A program made the position numbers and the translations under genes. Shown here in pieces: positions 1 to 8,555 of a stretch of 64,000 bases of DNA. Position 1 is the stretch's first letter. Each line of letters opens with the position of its first letter. The notes beneath the pieces were generated by a model. That model saw nothing but the letters and a program-made list of their open reading frames with translations, searched no databases and had not been told where the DNA came from. The DNA is from Vulcanimicrobiota bacterium (GTDB taxonomy: Bacteria > Vulcanimicrobiota > Vulcanimicrobiia > Vulcanimicrobiales > Vulcanimicrobiaceae). The DNA is taken from assembly GCA_963736475.1 (NCBI GenBank), contig CAVTOQ010000007.1, positions 16,807 through 80,806 of the forward strand, read 5' to 3'.

Positions 1-61
1 GCACCGCATAGAGCGCGAAGGCTACGACAAGATTCGGGAGGAGTCATCGGCGGTTGCCTAA
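1..61 (+). CDS. sufC: SufC (Fe-S assembly ATPase), last 19 codons only; 5' end lies outside the window
   Basis: Frame 2 reads HRIEREGYDKIREESSAVA, then TAA at 59-61. The EGYD-type tail and the position directly upstream of, and overlapping, sufD fit SufC. Very short, so tentative. Confidence 0.4.
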   Translation, partial: HRIEREGYDKIREESSAVA

Positions 62-1238
62 CACGTTGACCGTTCCCGCCGACGAGCTCTACGAAAAGCT
101 CTCGTCCCTAGACGGGCCGTTCGATGCATCGGCACGTAAGGCCGCGCTCGAGCGCTTCTTCTCGCTGCGCAGCGGGCGCGAGAAGCCAGGCCGGTTCTGG
201 CGAGTCGATTTCGAGACGATCGCGCCGACGGCCGGCGCGATCGATGTGAGCGGGCGCAGCCTTCGCATCGCGAACGCCGGCGACGGCGTACTTGCGTGCG
301 ACCTGGCGACGGCGGCGCGCGAGCACCCGGAGCTCTTGGCGCGGGCGTTCGGTACGACGGGGATCGCGAACACTAAGTTCGGGGCGCTCTCGGCGGCGTT
401 CGCGGGATTAGGTGCGTTCATCTATCTTCGTGCCGATCGCGCCTACGACGAGCCGATCGTCATCCAGTGCGACGCCGCCGGCGCCGCGATCTTTCCCTGG
501 AACGTCGTGCTCGCCGAGCGGGGCGCGAGCGCAACCATCATCGAGTGCATTACCGGCGACGGAGACGCATTCGTCTGCGGCGCGGTGGAGATCGTCACCG
601 AAGAGCACGCCGACGTGACGTATGCGACGCTGCAGAATGCCGCCGATGGAGCGCGCATCATCACGAGCCGCGCGGCTCGTCCCGGCCGCGACGCGCGAGT
701 CTCGTGGGCTTCGGCGGAGCTCGGCGGCCGGCTCGCGGCCGGAGACCTCGGTGTCGAGTTCGAGCATCCCGGAGCGCGCGCCGACATCACCGGGATCTTC
801 TTTCCGCGCGCGTCGCAACACGTCGACGTCGTCAGCACGGTGGAACATCGCGCCGGGGAGGCGACCTCGGAGACGCTGGTCAAATCGGCCGCGAGCGAGC
901 GCGGGCAGGCGCGGTTCCTCGGCAATATTCGCATCGCGCCGCACGCGCAGGGCAGCGACGCGCGGCTTCGCGACGACGCACTCTTGCTCTCGACGACGGC
1001 TCACGTGGACTCCATTCCGGCACTGGAGATCGGCGCCAACGATGTCAAGGCCTATCACGGCGCGACCGTCGGCGCCATCGACGCCGATCAGATCTTCTAT
1101 ATGGAATCGCGCGGCATCGAAGGCACGGCGGCGGAACGGATGATTGCGCTCGGATTCTTCGAGCCCGCGATCGAACGCTTTCCCACCGCGCGGCTCCGCG
1201 ACGAGATCCGCGCCATCCTCGCGGAGAAACTATCATGA
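54..1238 (+). CDS. sufD: Fe-S cluster assembly protein SufD
   Basis: Intact 394-aa ORF with TTG start at 54. The C-terminal region VKAYHGATVGAIDADQIFYMESRGI is typical of the SufB/SufD family. It sits between the sufC tail and sufS. Its stop overlaps the sufS ATG (ATGA at 1235-1238). Confidence 0.9.
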   Translation: MPNTLTVPADELYEKLSSLDGPFDASARKAALERFFSLRSGREKPGRFWRVDFETIAPTAGAIDVSGRSLRIANAGDGVLACDLATAAREHPELLARAFGTTGIANTKFGALSAAFAGLGAFIYLRADRAYDEPIVIQCDAAGAAIFPWNVVLAERGASATIIECITGDGDAFVCGAVEIVTEEHADVTYATLQNAADGARIITSRAARPGRDARVSWASAELGGRLAAGDLGVEFEHPGARADITGIFFPRASQHVDVVSTVEHRAGEATSETLVKSAASERGQARFLGNIRIAPHAQGSDARLRDDALLLSTTAHVDSIPALEIGANDVKAYHGATVGAIDADQIFYMESRGIEGTAAERMIALGFFEPAIERFPTARLRDEIRAILAEKLS

Positions 1239-2482
1239 GCGTGATCGCGCCGGCGAGAAACGTTGACACGATCATCGCGGATTTTCCGATTCTGGCGCGG
1301 CCGACGTCGCGCGGCAAGCGGCTGGTCTATCTCGACTCGGCGGCGACGTCCCAGAAGCCCAAGGCAGTCATCCAGGCACTCGTGGACTACTACGAGCAGT
1401 ACAATGCGAACATTCATCGCGGCGTCTACGAGATCGCCGCGCGCGCGACCGAGGAGTTCGAGCACGCCCGCGTCAAGCTGGCGCGCTTCATCGGCGCTGA
1501 CACGGCGGAGATCGTGTGGGTCCGCAACACGACGGAGGCGATCAATCTGGTCGCCTATTCGTGGGGCAATGCCAACCTGCGCGCCGGGGACGCGCTCCTG
1601 CTGACGGAGCTCGAGCACCACTCCGACCTCGTGCCGTGGCAGCTGCTGGCCGAACGGGTCGGCGCGGAGCTGCGATTCATTCCGGTAGACGATCGGGGCC
1701 TGCTCGTGCTCGACGACCTGGATCGCTTGCTCGAAGGGTGCAAGCTGGTCGCCGCCGCCCACGTCAGCAACACGCTCGGCTCGATCACACCGCTCGAGAC
1801 GATCGTTTCGCGCGCTCACGCGGCGGGAGCGCTCGTGATGGTCGACGGGGCCCAAGGCGCGCCGCACCTGGCGGTCGACGTCAAGGCGCTCGACGCCGAC
1901 TTCTATACCTTCAGCGGGCATAAGATGCTGGGGCCCACGGGGATCGGCGTCCTGTACGGAAAGCACGCGCTGCTCGAGGCGATGCCGCCCTTCTTCTCGG
2001 GCGGGGACATGATCCGCAAGGTCGAGTACGCCCACACGACCTTTAACGATCCGCCACGTAAATTCGAGGCCGGCACGAGCAACATCGCCGACGCGATTGC
2101 CTTCGGCGTGGCGGCAGAATATCTGCAGGCGCTCGGGATGGACTGGGTACGCGAGCACGAGCGGCTCCTTACCGGTTACGCCCTCGAACGGTTGGCGGAG
2201 TTCGAGCCTCGCGGCTTGGCCATCTACGGCCCGCGCGACCCCGCCCTCATCTCCGGCGTGATCTCCTTTAACTTCGCGGACGTTCACGCCCACGATCTCG
2301 CTTCGATCCTCGACACCGAAGGGGTCTGCGTCCGGGCCGGACATCACTGCACGATGCCGCTGATGGAAAAGATGGGATGGGCCGCAACCGCGCGCGCCTC
2401 GTTCTACGTTTACAATACCGAGGCAGACGTGGACGCGCTGTGCGGCGGAATCGAGAAGGCCGCGCGCGTCTTCGGAATCTGA
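1235..2482 (+). CDS. sufS: Cysteine desulfurase SufS (class V aminotransferase)
   Basis: In-frame ATG 1235 inside track ORF 467..2482; the Arg-rich upstream part of that ORF is a GC artefact. Motifs are YLDSAATSQKP, the PLP-Lys region FSGHKMLGPTGIGVLYG, and the catalytic Cys loop RAGHHCTMPL. Confidence 0.93.
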   Translation: MSVIAPARNVDTIIADFPILARPTSRGKRLVYLDSAATSQKPKAVIQALVDYYEQYNANIHRGVYEIAARATEEFEHARVKLARFIGADTAEIVWVRNTTEAINLVAYSWGNANLRAGDALLLTELEHHSDLVPWQLLAERVGAELRFIPVDDRGLLVLDDLDRLLEGCKLVAAAHVSNTLGSITPLETIVSRAHAAGALVMVDGAQGAPHLAVDVKALDADFYTFSGHKMLGPTGIGVLYGKHALLEAMPPFFSGGDMIRKVEYAHTTFNDPPRKFEAGTSNIADAIAFGVAAEYLQALGMDWVREHERLLTGYALERLAEFEPRGLAIYGPRDPALISGVISFNFADVHAHDLASILDTEGVCVRAGHHCTMPLMEKMGWAATARASFYVYNTEADVDALCGGIEKAARVFGI

Positions 2483-2871
2483 TGGACGACTTCTACCGCG
2501 ATTACATCCTGGACCATTATCGTAACCCGCGGAACTTCGGCACCTTGGAGCACTCGGACGTCGAGGCGGAGGACCTCAACCCCCTGTGCGGCGATCAGAT
2601 TCGCATGCAACTGAAGCTCGATGACGGCGTGGTCGAGGACGTGCGGTTCTCCGGCAGGGGCTGTGCCATCAGCCAAGCCTCGGCCTCGATGCTGACCGAG
2701 ATGGTCAAGGGTATGAAGCTGAAGGATGTCGCGAAGCTCTCGAAGGACGCGGTCTTGGAGAACGTGGGAATCGGCATCAGCCCGACGCGCATGAAGTGCG
2801 CGATGCTGGGGCTGCGTGTACTGCGGAGCGCCGCAATCGGCGAGCTTGCGGCGTGGCCGGACGAGGAGTGA
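2482..2871 (+). CDS. sufU: SufU-type Fe-S scaffold / sulfurtransferase
   Basis: ATG 2482 overlaps the sufS stop. Motifs are YRNPRNFG, NPLCGD, GRGCAISQASASM and MKCAML, which carry the conserved Cys ligands of the SufU/IscU family. Confidence 0.9.
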   Translation: MDDFYRDYILDHYRNPRNFGTLEHSDVEAEDLNPLCGDQIRMQLKLDDGVVEDVRFSGRGCAISQASASMLTEMVKGMKLKDVAKLSKDAVLENVGIGISPTRMKCAMLGLRVLRSAAIGELAAWPDEE

Positions 2872-3203
2872 TGCACCATCTTCCGACGAGCAACTGGGCG
2901 GCGTTGGCCCAACAACCCGAGTTTCGCGCGCTCGTGCGAGCGCGGCGCCGATTCGTTACGCCGGCGACGTTCTTCTTCATCGCCTACTATCTCGCGCTGC
3001 CGGTAGCCGTCGGATTCTGGCCGGCGGCCATGAGCCGGCCGGTCTGGGGCCCGCTGACGATCGCCTACGCCTTCGCTCTGTCGCAGTTCGCGATGGCATG
3101 GATCCTGCTCGCCGTCTACTTGCGGCGGGCCCGCAAATTCGATTTCCAGGCGGCTCTTATCCGAAAGCACGAAACGCGCGAACTGTTTGACGCGCGTCCC
3201 TGA
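2871..3203 (+). CDS. DUF485 (YjcH-like) small membrane protein
   Basis: ATG 2871 inside track ORF 2796..3203. It has two hydrophobic helices (FFFIAYYLALPVAVGFW, AFALSQFAMAWILLAVY). It shows the classic pairing immediately upstream of an ActP-type symporter. Confidence 0.8.
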   Translation: MHHLPTSNWAALAQQPEFRALVRARRRFVTPATFFFIAYYLALPVAVGFWPAAMSRPVWGPLTIAYAFALSQFAMAWILLAVYLRRARKFDFQAALIRKHETRELFDARP

Positions 3204-3206
3204 GCG

Positions 3207-4847
3207 ATGAGAACCCAGCAGACGCTCGTGATGTTTGCGATCTTCGTCGGCATCACGCTGATCGTAACGTACTGGGCATCGGGACAGAGCACTACGCGGC
3301 GGGGATTCTACGCCGCGAACCGGCGCATCGGCGGACTCCAAAACGGCTGGGCGATCGCGGGCGAGTACTTCTCGGCCGCGTCCTTCTTGGGCATCACTGG
3401 CTTGATCGCGTTCTACGGGTTCGACGGTTTCATGTACGCGGTCGGATGGCTGGTCGCATATCTGGCGGTGCTGTTCCTGGTGGCCGAGCCGCTGCGCAAC
3501 ACCGGAAAATACACGGTCGCCGACCTCGTTTCGTTCCGGCTGCGCGGCCGCGGCGTTCGCGCGACGGCGGCGCTCTCGACGCTTGCCATCACCCTCTTCT
3601 TCCTGATCGCGCAGATGGTCGGCGTCAGCGCACTGGTCAAGCTCCTACTGCCGCAACTCGGCGACGTCGCAGCGATCATCGCCGTCGGCGTGCTGATGCT
3701 CACCTACGTTTTGTTCGGCGGCATGCTGGCGACGACGTGGGTGCAGATCATCACGGCCGCGCTGCTCCTGTCCGCCGCCCTCGGCCTCTCGCTGCTGGTG
3801 CTGGCGCACTATCACTTCTCCGTCGGCAACTTTCTCACGGCGGCCTCGCACGTGAGCGCCGGGGGACACAGCGTCAATCTGTTACAGCCCGGGCTGCTCT
3901 TCCATGGCGCTCCGGGCGCTTGGAATTTGGTATCCCTCGGCCTCGCGCTCGTGCTCGGCACGGCCGGTCTACCGCACATTTTGATGCGATTCTTCACGGT
4001 GCCGTCCGCGCAAGCCGCGCGCACGTCGGTAGCATGGGCGATGGTACTCATCGGCGCGTTCTACTTGTCGACGTCGTTCATGGGTCTCGGCGCCGCAACG
4101 ATCGTCGGTAAGGAGCGCATCGGGCAGCGCATGTATGCGGGTCAGGCGATCGCGTACATCGCGCATCACCCAACCGAACAAAACCCGCTCAACGAGCAGC
4201 TAACGAAACAGGGCTACATCGTGCCGACTCCCGACAGCAACCTCGCGGCACCGCTGCTCGCCGCGGGACTCGAGGGCTCGATGTTGACGGCATTCGTGGC
4301 GGCGGTCGCCTTCGCCACGATCCTTGCGGTGGTCTCCGGTCTCACGATCACGGCGTCGTCGGCCTTCGCCCACGATATCTGGTTCAGCCTCGTGAGAAAC
4401 GGACGAGGCGACGAGAGCGAACATCTCTTCGTCGCGCGCATCGCGGCATTCGGCGTGGGCGTCCTCGCGATCGTGCTGTCGATAGCCCTGCGCGGATTCA
4501 ACGTCGCGTTTCTCGTTGGCCTCGCGTTCGCGGTCGCCGCCAGCGCGAACGTTCCGGTCATACTGCTGGCGCTGTCCTGGCGGCGCTTCTCGCGGTCGGG
4601 CGCGATGGTCGGCATGCTCTCGGGCCTCGGTGCATCCTTGGCGCTGATCGCGGCGAGCCCGGTGTTCATGGGAGCCCGCGCGAGCTTTCCGCTCGATAAT
4701 CCGGGGATCGTTTCGATTCCGGTCGGCTTCGTCGGTGCGATCTTGGGCGCGCTGTTGTGGCGTGACCGCGAGTCCGAGCAGATGTTCGACCAGTTGCAGG
4801 TACGCGCCAACACGGGTCTAGGCGCGGAGGATCTAGGGCGGCGTTAG
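3207..4847 (+). CDS. actP: Sodium:solute symporter family, cation/acetate symporter ActP-like
   Basis: Intact 546-aa multi-TM ORF with an SSF-like sequence throughout (GGLQNGWAIAGEYFSAASFLGITG...). It lies 4 nt after the DUF485 gene. Confidence 0.88.
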   Translation: MRTQQTLVMFAIFVGITLIVTYWASGQSTTRRGFYAANRRIGGLQNGWAIAGEYFSAASFLGITGLIAFYGFDGFMYAVGWLVAYLAVLFLVAEPLRNTGKYTVADLVSFRLRGRGVRATAALSTLAITLFFLIAQMVGVSALVKLLLPQLGDVAAIIAVGVLMLTYVLFGGMLATTWVQIITAALLLSAALGLSLLVLAHYHFSVGNFLTAASHVSAGGHSVNLLQPGLLFHGAPGAWNLVSLGLALVLGTAGLPHILMRFFTVPSAQAARTSVAWAMVLIGAFYLSTSFMGLGAATIVGKERIGQRMYAGQAIAYIAHHPTEQNPLNEQLTKQGYIVPTPDSNLAAPLLAAGLEGSMLTAFVAAVAFATILAVVSGLTITASSAFAHDIWFSLVRNGRGDESEHLFVARIAAFGVGVLAIVLSIALRGFNVAFLVGLAFAVAASANVPVILLALSWRRFSRSGAMVGMLSGLGASLALIAASPVFMGARASFPLDNPGIVSIPVGFVGAILGALLWRDRESEQMFDQLQVRANTGLGAEDLGRR

Positions 4848-4853
4848 CGATCG

Positions 4854-5669
4854 CTACTGTGTCTTGATCGCGTAGTGATCCGTGATCTGTAAGCCGGCCG
4901 GACCCGGCTCCAAAGTAAACGTGACGTAGTATTCGCCGCTGGACGTTTCGATGTCGGCCGTCACCTTGTACGCACCCGCGCCGACGTTCGCCGAGCGAAT
5001 GGATTGGATGTGCGAGCCGGAGCTCATGAACGACTCGCTGGGGGTGCCGTGCGCGAGGTATGCCGCCGCACCGGGCCGGTCGCCGCGGCTCAATGCCTGC
5101 AGGTACGAGCGTACGACGGATGCGGCCCGATCGTCGCCGGCCGCCGCCAGCATCGCCGCCGGCGCTTTCGGCGTCGGCGCGGGCGGTTTGGCCGCCGGCG
5201 CGGGCGCTTTCGGAGTCGCCGGCGGGTTCTCCGTGGCCGCCGGTTTCCCGCTCGCGGCGGGTTTCTCAGTCGCCGCGGGACGCGGCGGCGCCGTTGGGCT
5301 GGGCGTCACGAGCGCGAGGCGTTTGGATGTCGACACTGGCTTGGGCGAGGATGACGCCTTCGGCGACGGACCGGGGGTTGGCGTGAGCGACGGTGCGGGC
5401 ATCGGGCTGTGCAGCGCCGCGCGCGTCGCGCGCGGGGACGGGGGCGGAGGCGACGGGGGCGGAGGCGACGGCAACGGCGTCACCGAGGGTACCGGCGCGA
5501 CCGCAACGCTCTTCGGCGGCGCCGCACTGCCACCCGAACCGCCGAAAAAGTGCGCGAGGACACCGCCGAGCAACAGTCCCGCCAACACTACCACCAAGAT
5601 GAGCGGAAAAAGCGGTAATCCTCCGCTCGGTTCGTCGTCTAGCCGGCGTCGGCGCGGGCGCTCTCTCAT
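4854..5669 (-). CDS. Hypothetical single-pass membrane protein with a Pro-rich linker
   Basis: 271 aa. It has an Arg-rich N-terminus and one TM helix (LPLFPLILVVVLAGLLLGGVLAHFF). A long P/A/S/T-rich linker follows, including PSPPPPSPPPPSP, then a globular C-terminal domain of about 90 aa. Its start overlaps the upstream stop (ATGA at 5666-5669). Confidence 0.6.
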   Translation of the reverse strand: MRERPRRRRLDDEPSGGLPLFPLILVVVLAGLLLGGVLAHFFGGSGGSAAPPKSVAVAPVPSVTPLPSPPPPSPPPPSPRATRAALHSPMPAPSLTPTPGPSPKASSSPKPVSTSKRLALVTPSPTAPPRPAATEKPAASGKPAATENPPATPKAPAPAAKPPAPTPKAPAAMLAAAGDDRAASVVRSYLQALSRGDRPGAAAYLAHGTPSESFMSSGSHIQSIRSANVGAGAYKVTADIETSSGEYYVTFTLEPGPAGLQITDHYAIKTQ

Positions 5670-6082
5670 ACTCCGGCGGAGTTTGTCCTGAGGGAATCGG
5701 CGAGCGCGTCGCGCAGCGCGGCCGGCAAGACTGCCACAAAGTCCGGACGACGCTGCACGAACAGCGCGGTCGACTCCTTGAGCAGCTCCGGGTTCGCGCG
5801 TGCGTAGGCGATCAGCGCCTCAGCAGCGCCCTGCTCGCGGCGCGCAATGTTTTCGAGCGTCGCGCCCGCACCCTCGGCCGCATCTTCGGAGGATTCGCCG
5901 CGCTCGCGAAACGTGGCAAACACTGCCTCGACAAATGCGTGAAACGCGTCCGACGGCATCGCGGCAAGCTCACGCTCGTACATGATGGCGAGGTCCGTCT
6001 CGTCCATCTCCGCGAGAAGCTTTTCGAGCGCGCCGGCCAGCGCGTCCGCCGGCACGTTCCCGAACGACATTGGCCGAATCAT
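5666..6082 (-). CDS. Hypothetical acidic cytoplasmic protein
   Basis: Intact 138-aa ORF with non-repetitive composition, translationally coupled to 4854..5669. I recognise no family. Confidence 0.55.
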   Translation of the reverse strand: MIRPMSFGNVPADALAGALEKLLAEMDETDLAIMYERELAAMPSDAFHAFVEAVFATFRERGESSEDAAEGAGATLENIARREQGAAEALIAYARANPELLKESTALFVQRRPDFVAVLPAALRDALADSLRTNSAGV

Positions 6083-6131
6083 TTATCCCCGGCAGCAGGC
6101 AGCTCCTCGATGCGGCAGAAAATGTCGGCTG

Positions 6132-6449
6132 ATGATCCGCGTGAAGGTTCCGCTTGATCTCCATGCCGTCGCCATCGGCGGCTCGGGCGCCTTCGCGCTT
6201 GCCACGCCGCTGCGCGTTCGCGACGTCCTGCGCTTCGCCGTTCGCGAGGCGATCGGCACGCGTGCGCCGGCCGATAAACTCTCGCGCAGCCTCCATCGGA
6301 CGCTGGCCGGACTCGCGGCCGGCGATTTTACAATCAGCGTCAACGGCCGCAGCTTCAGCGACGCAGATACCATCGTCGTGTGCGAGCACACCGCAGACGT
6401 CCGCTTCTTCCTGACTCAGCGGCGCAGGACCGCACTCCACCGAACGTAG
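6132..6449 (+). CDS. Hypothetical protein (weak call)
   Basis: In-frame ATG 6132 (MIRVKVPLDLHAV...) within track ORF 5982..6449. It is divergent from 5666..6082. No recognisable motif. Confidence 0.3.
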   Translation: MIRVKVPLDLHAVAIGGSGAFALATPLRVRDVLRFAVREAIGTRAPADKLSRSLHRTLAGLAAGDFTISVNGRSFSDADTIVVCEHTADVRFFLTQRRRTALHRT

Positions 6450-6554
6450 AGAGCCGCTTCCTCTTGCATCGGGTGATACTGTTAAGAGGAAGAAACTACT
6501 CGGAAGAAACGGAGCTCCCCAATAAAACTTGGCATCGCCCTGCTTGCCGCGCTG

Positions 6555-7250
6555 TTGTCGCCGGCGTTGCCGGCGCATGCCGACCTCCGGTACCAGACCT
6601 TCGGCGAGGACCTCTATCGGGGTGAGTCGACGGCCACCATATCCCGCGTCGCTTACAACGGGACGGAACTGCTCTCGATCCGGCGCGAAGACGGCTCGTT
6701 CCGCTTCGATGCGCGAGCCCGGTATGCGCAAATGGGGCCGGACGGAAAAAACAGCGGACAGGCCCGGTTCGTCCAGATCCTCCGCCCCGACGGCTCGTTC
6801 GAAGACGCCATCGATGATGATCCCGACTTCCTAACGATCCTCAACCAACCGTTCGCCGTACGGTTGGACCGCGTGACGCTTGCGGACGTACGCGAACTCC
6901 ACGGCCGGGTTCCATTTGCCGCAAGCTCGCCGCTCGATGGGCACACGTTGCTGCACGGCTTTCTGCGGCCGGCCGCCAACGGACCGGTCGAAGGACGCCC
7001 GACGGCAGCGGTACGGTTCGAAGCCGACGGGCCGATGGACGGTACGCTGCCCGGCCGCGCGGACGCCGGCGTCACCGGCCATATGCGGATGGACGGCACC
7101 GCCTACTATGCGCTGGACGACGACGGCTTGCTGCTCGCGCTCGACGTTACCTTGACGATCGAAGCGCAGCTGCGCGAACGGAGCGCCGCGCAATCGGTCC
7201 CGGTGCGGATCGTTTATCGTCGCCGCATTCGGGCTCTAGGGAACCCCTGA
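6555..7250 (+). CDS. Hypothetical secreted protein; true start probably upstream near 6522
   Basis: The track ORF starts at TTG 6555. The same frame is open from 6486 and encodes a textbook signal peptide, (I)KLGIALLAALLSPALPAHA/D. That peptide begins at ATA 6522, 7 nt after GGAG. See the finding on non-canonical starts. Confidence 0.6.
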   Translation: MSPALPAHADLRYQTFGEDLYRGESTATISRVAYNGTELLSIRREDGSFRFDARARYAQMGPDGKNSGQARFVQILRPDGSFEDAIDDDPDFLTILNQPFAVRLDRVTLADVRELHGRVPFAASSPLDGHTLLHGFLRPAANGPVEGRPTAAVRFEADGPMDGTLPGRADAGVTGHMRMDGTAYYALDDDGLLLALDVTLTIEAQLRERSAAQSVPVRIVYRRRIRALGNP

Positions 7251-7254
7251 AAGT

Positions 7255-7647
7255 CTAAAAGGCCCCGACGAGCTCGACTTGGAGCGGGTGGCGGAAGGGT
7301 TGCTCCCGCAACTCGGTGAGCGGCGTAAACGCCAGATGATTCTGATGACAATCGATCAGCATTTCTATCCCGCGCCTCACGGAGCCGGTTTCCTCGATGT
7401 ATTTGGCCAGCTTCTTCTTGAAGTAAGCGCGCGGATCGTTGAGAACTTTTGCGTAATAGGGATCGTCGGTGAGCCCGACCGGATCCACACCCTCCTTCGG
7501 GACGAGCCATACGAACCACGGATCCTCGCTTTGGCGATAACCGATCATCACGAGCGGCAGCGCACGCGCCGAGTCGATTTTAGGCAGGAAGCTGCACAGC
7601 GTGTAGGCGTCGAGCGAGATCTCCGTTGGCTCGATGGCTTGCGTCAT
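7255..7647 (-). CDS. Hypothetical protein
   Basis: Track ORF 7255..7665. I prefer the internal ATG 7647 (MTQAIEP...) because GAGGTG lies 9 nt upstream. Composition is non-repetitive. No family recognised. Confidence 0.6.
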   Translation of the reverse strand: MTQAIEPTEISLDAYTLCSFLPKIDSARALPLVMIGYRQSEDPWFVWLVPKEGVDPVGLTDDPYYAKVLNDPRAYFKKKLAKYIEETGSVRRGIEMLIDCHQNHLAFTPLTELREQPFRHPLQVELVGAF

Positions 7648-7675
7648 GGAATCTACACCTCTCATTCGATCGAGA

Positions 7676-7719
7676 AACCAAAAACAAAAGCCGCTTGCTC
7701 TTTGCGAGCCAAGCGGCTT
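7676..7719 (-). terminator. Rho-independent terminator on the minus strand, inside the leader of 7255..7647
   Basis: The minus strand reads AAGCCGCUU-G-GCUC GCAAA GAGC AAGCGGCUU followed by UUUGUUUUUGGUUU. That is a 9+4 bp stem with one bulge and a 5-nt loop. The U-tract is present only in the minus orientation. Confidence 0.6.
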
Positions 7720-7771
7720 GATATCACATCCGGGCCTCGCGGCCCAGCAAAAGCGCCATGGCGATGCTTTA

Positions 7772-7798
7772 GGAACGGGGCGGCAAACCCCTGCGGTC
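7772..7798 (+). promoter_or_regulatory. Possible ECF-type autoregulated promoter (GGAAC-N17-CGGTC)
   Basis: GGAAC at 7772-7776, a 17-nt spacer, then CGGTC at 7794-7798, about 90 nt upstream of the ECF sigma ATG. It resembles GGAAC...GTC/GTT ECF promoters. A motif match only. Confidence 0.3.
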
Positions 7799-7886
7799 GC
7801 ACCGGGCGCCGTAAGATCGGCCGTTTCAGGAGTTTTTACTGCGAGCGTGAAACCACGACCCTAGCAGTGGTGGTCCGGGGCACTGT

Positions 7887-8555
7887 ATGAGCGCGCTCGC
7901 ACCACTCCTTACGGGAGTTTACGTGCCTTCAGCGACAACGTCGGGGCGGGCCGCCAGGGCGCAGTCCCGCGGCGACTCCGCCCCGACTTATGCAGACTTC
8001 GAGGCGATCGTGGACGACTATCAGCGGCGGCTGTATGGTTTCGCGCTGCGCATGACAGGCAACCGCGAGGATGCCGAAGAGATCGTGCAGGATGCGTTCG
8101 TCCGTGCCTATCGCGCCCTCGGCAAGATGTCGCCCGAGCAGCGGGCGGACCTGCGCCTGCAGCCGTGGCTGTATACCATCACGCTCAACGTAACGCGCAA
8201 CCGGCTGCGCGGGAAGCGACCTACGAACGTTGCTCTGGACGCCCTTGCCGACCCGGACGCGATTCTGCGCGAATCCAATGAGGGGCCGCCCCAGCCCGAA
8301 GCGATCGTGGAGCAGAACACCGAGATCGCCCTCGTCGAACGGGCCCTCCTACAGCTGCCGATGCACCTCCGCGCCGCAGCGACGCTGCGGTTCATCGAGG
8401 GGCGCAGCCACCCCGAGATCGCCGAGATACTTCATCAGCCGATCGGCACCGTTAAGTCTCACGTCCATCGGGCGGTGCGCATACTACGGCGCATTCTTGG
8501 GCCGCAGATCGGACGATTTTCCCCGGAAGGAGCCCCTGCGCATGCGTTGTCGTGA
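7887..8555 (+). CDS. RNA polymerase ECF-type sigma-70 factor
   Basis: Intact 222-aa ORF. Region 2 reads YQRRLYGFALRMTGNREDAEEIVQDAFVRAY and PWLYTITLNVTRN. The region 4 HTH reads LRFIEGRSHPEIAEILHQPIGTVKSHVHRA. Confidence 0.9.
   Translation: MSALAPLLTGVYVPSATTSGRAARAQSRGDSAPTYADFEAIVDDYQRRLYGFALRMTGNREDAEEIVQDAFVRAYRALGKMSPEQRADLRLQPWLYTITLNVTRNRLRGKRPTNVALDALADPDAILRESNEGPPQPEAIVEQNTEIALVERALLQLPMHLRAAATLRFIEGRSHPEIAEILHQPIGTVKSHVHRAVRILRRILGPQIGRFSPEGAPAHALS

Noticed and set aside
467-2482. 671-aa ORF with a long Arg-rich N-terminal extension in front of SufS
   Set aside because: The first 256 codons are antisense or out of frame over sufD and are pure R/A/G low complexity. The SufS homology and the ATGA coupling to sufD start at 1235.
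5390-5480. Short tandem repeat GGGGCGGAGGCGAC x2 that looked like a possible repeat array
   Set aside because: It is simply the antisense of the PSPPPPSPPPPS proline-rich linker of gene 4854..5669. It has only two units and no spacers, so it is not CRISPR-like.
7720-7886. Assignment of the 7.7-kb structured spacer to a known RNA family (SRP RNA, 6S RNA, ykkC/guanidine, ZTP, c-di-GMP, cobalamin)
   Set aside because: Only short partial matches were seen (CUAGGGU, ACGGCG, GGCAAACC, CCACCACUG). The defining motifs of each class are missing: GGAAGCAGCC for SRP, GGUCCGAGAG for ykkC, ACUGGCG/CCGCCUGGGC for ZTP. It is left unassigned.
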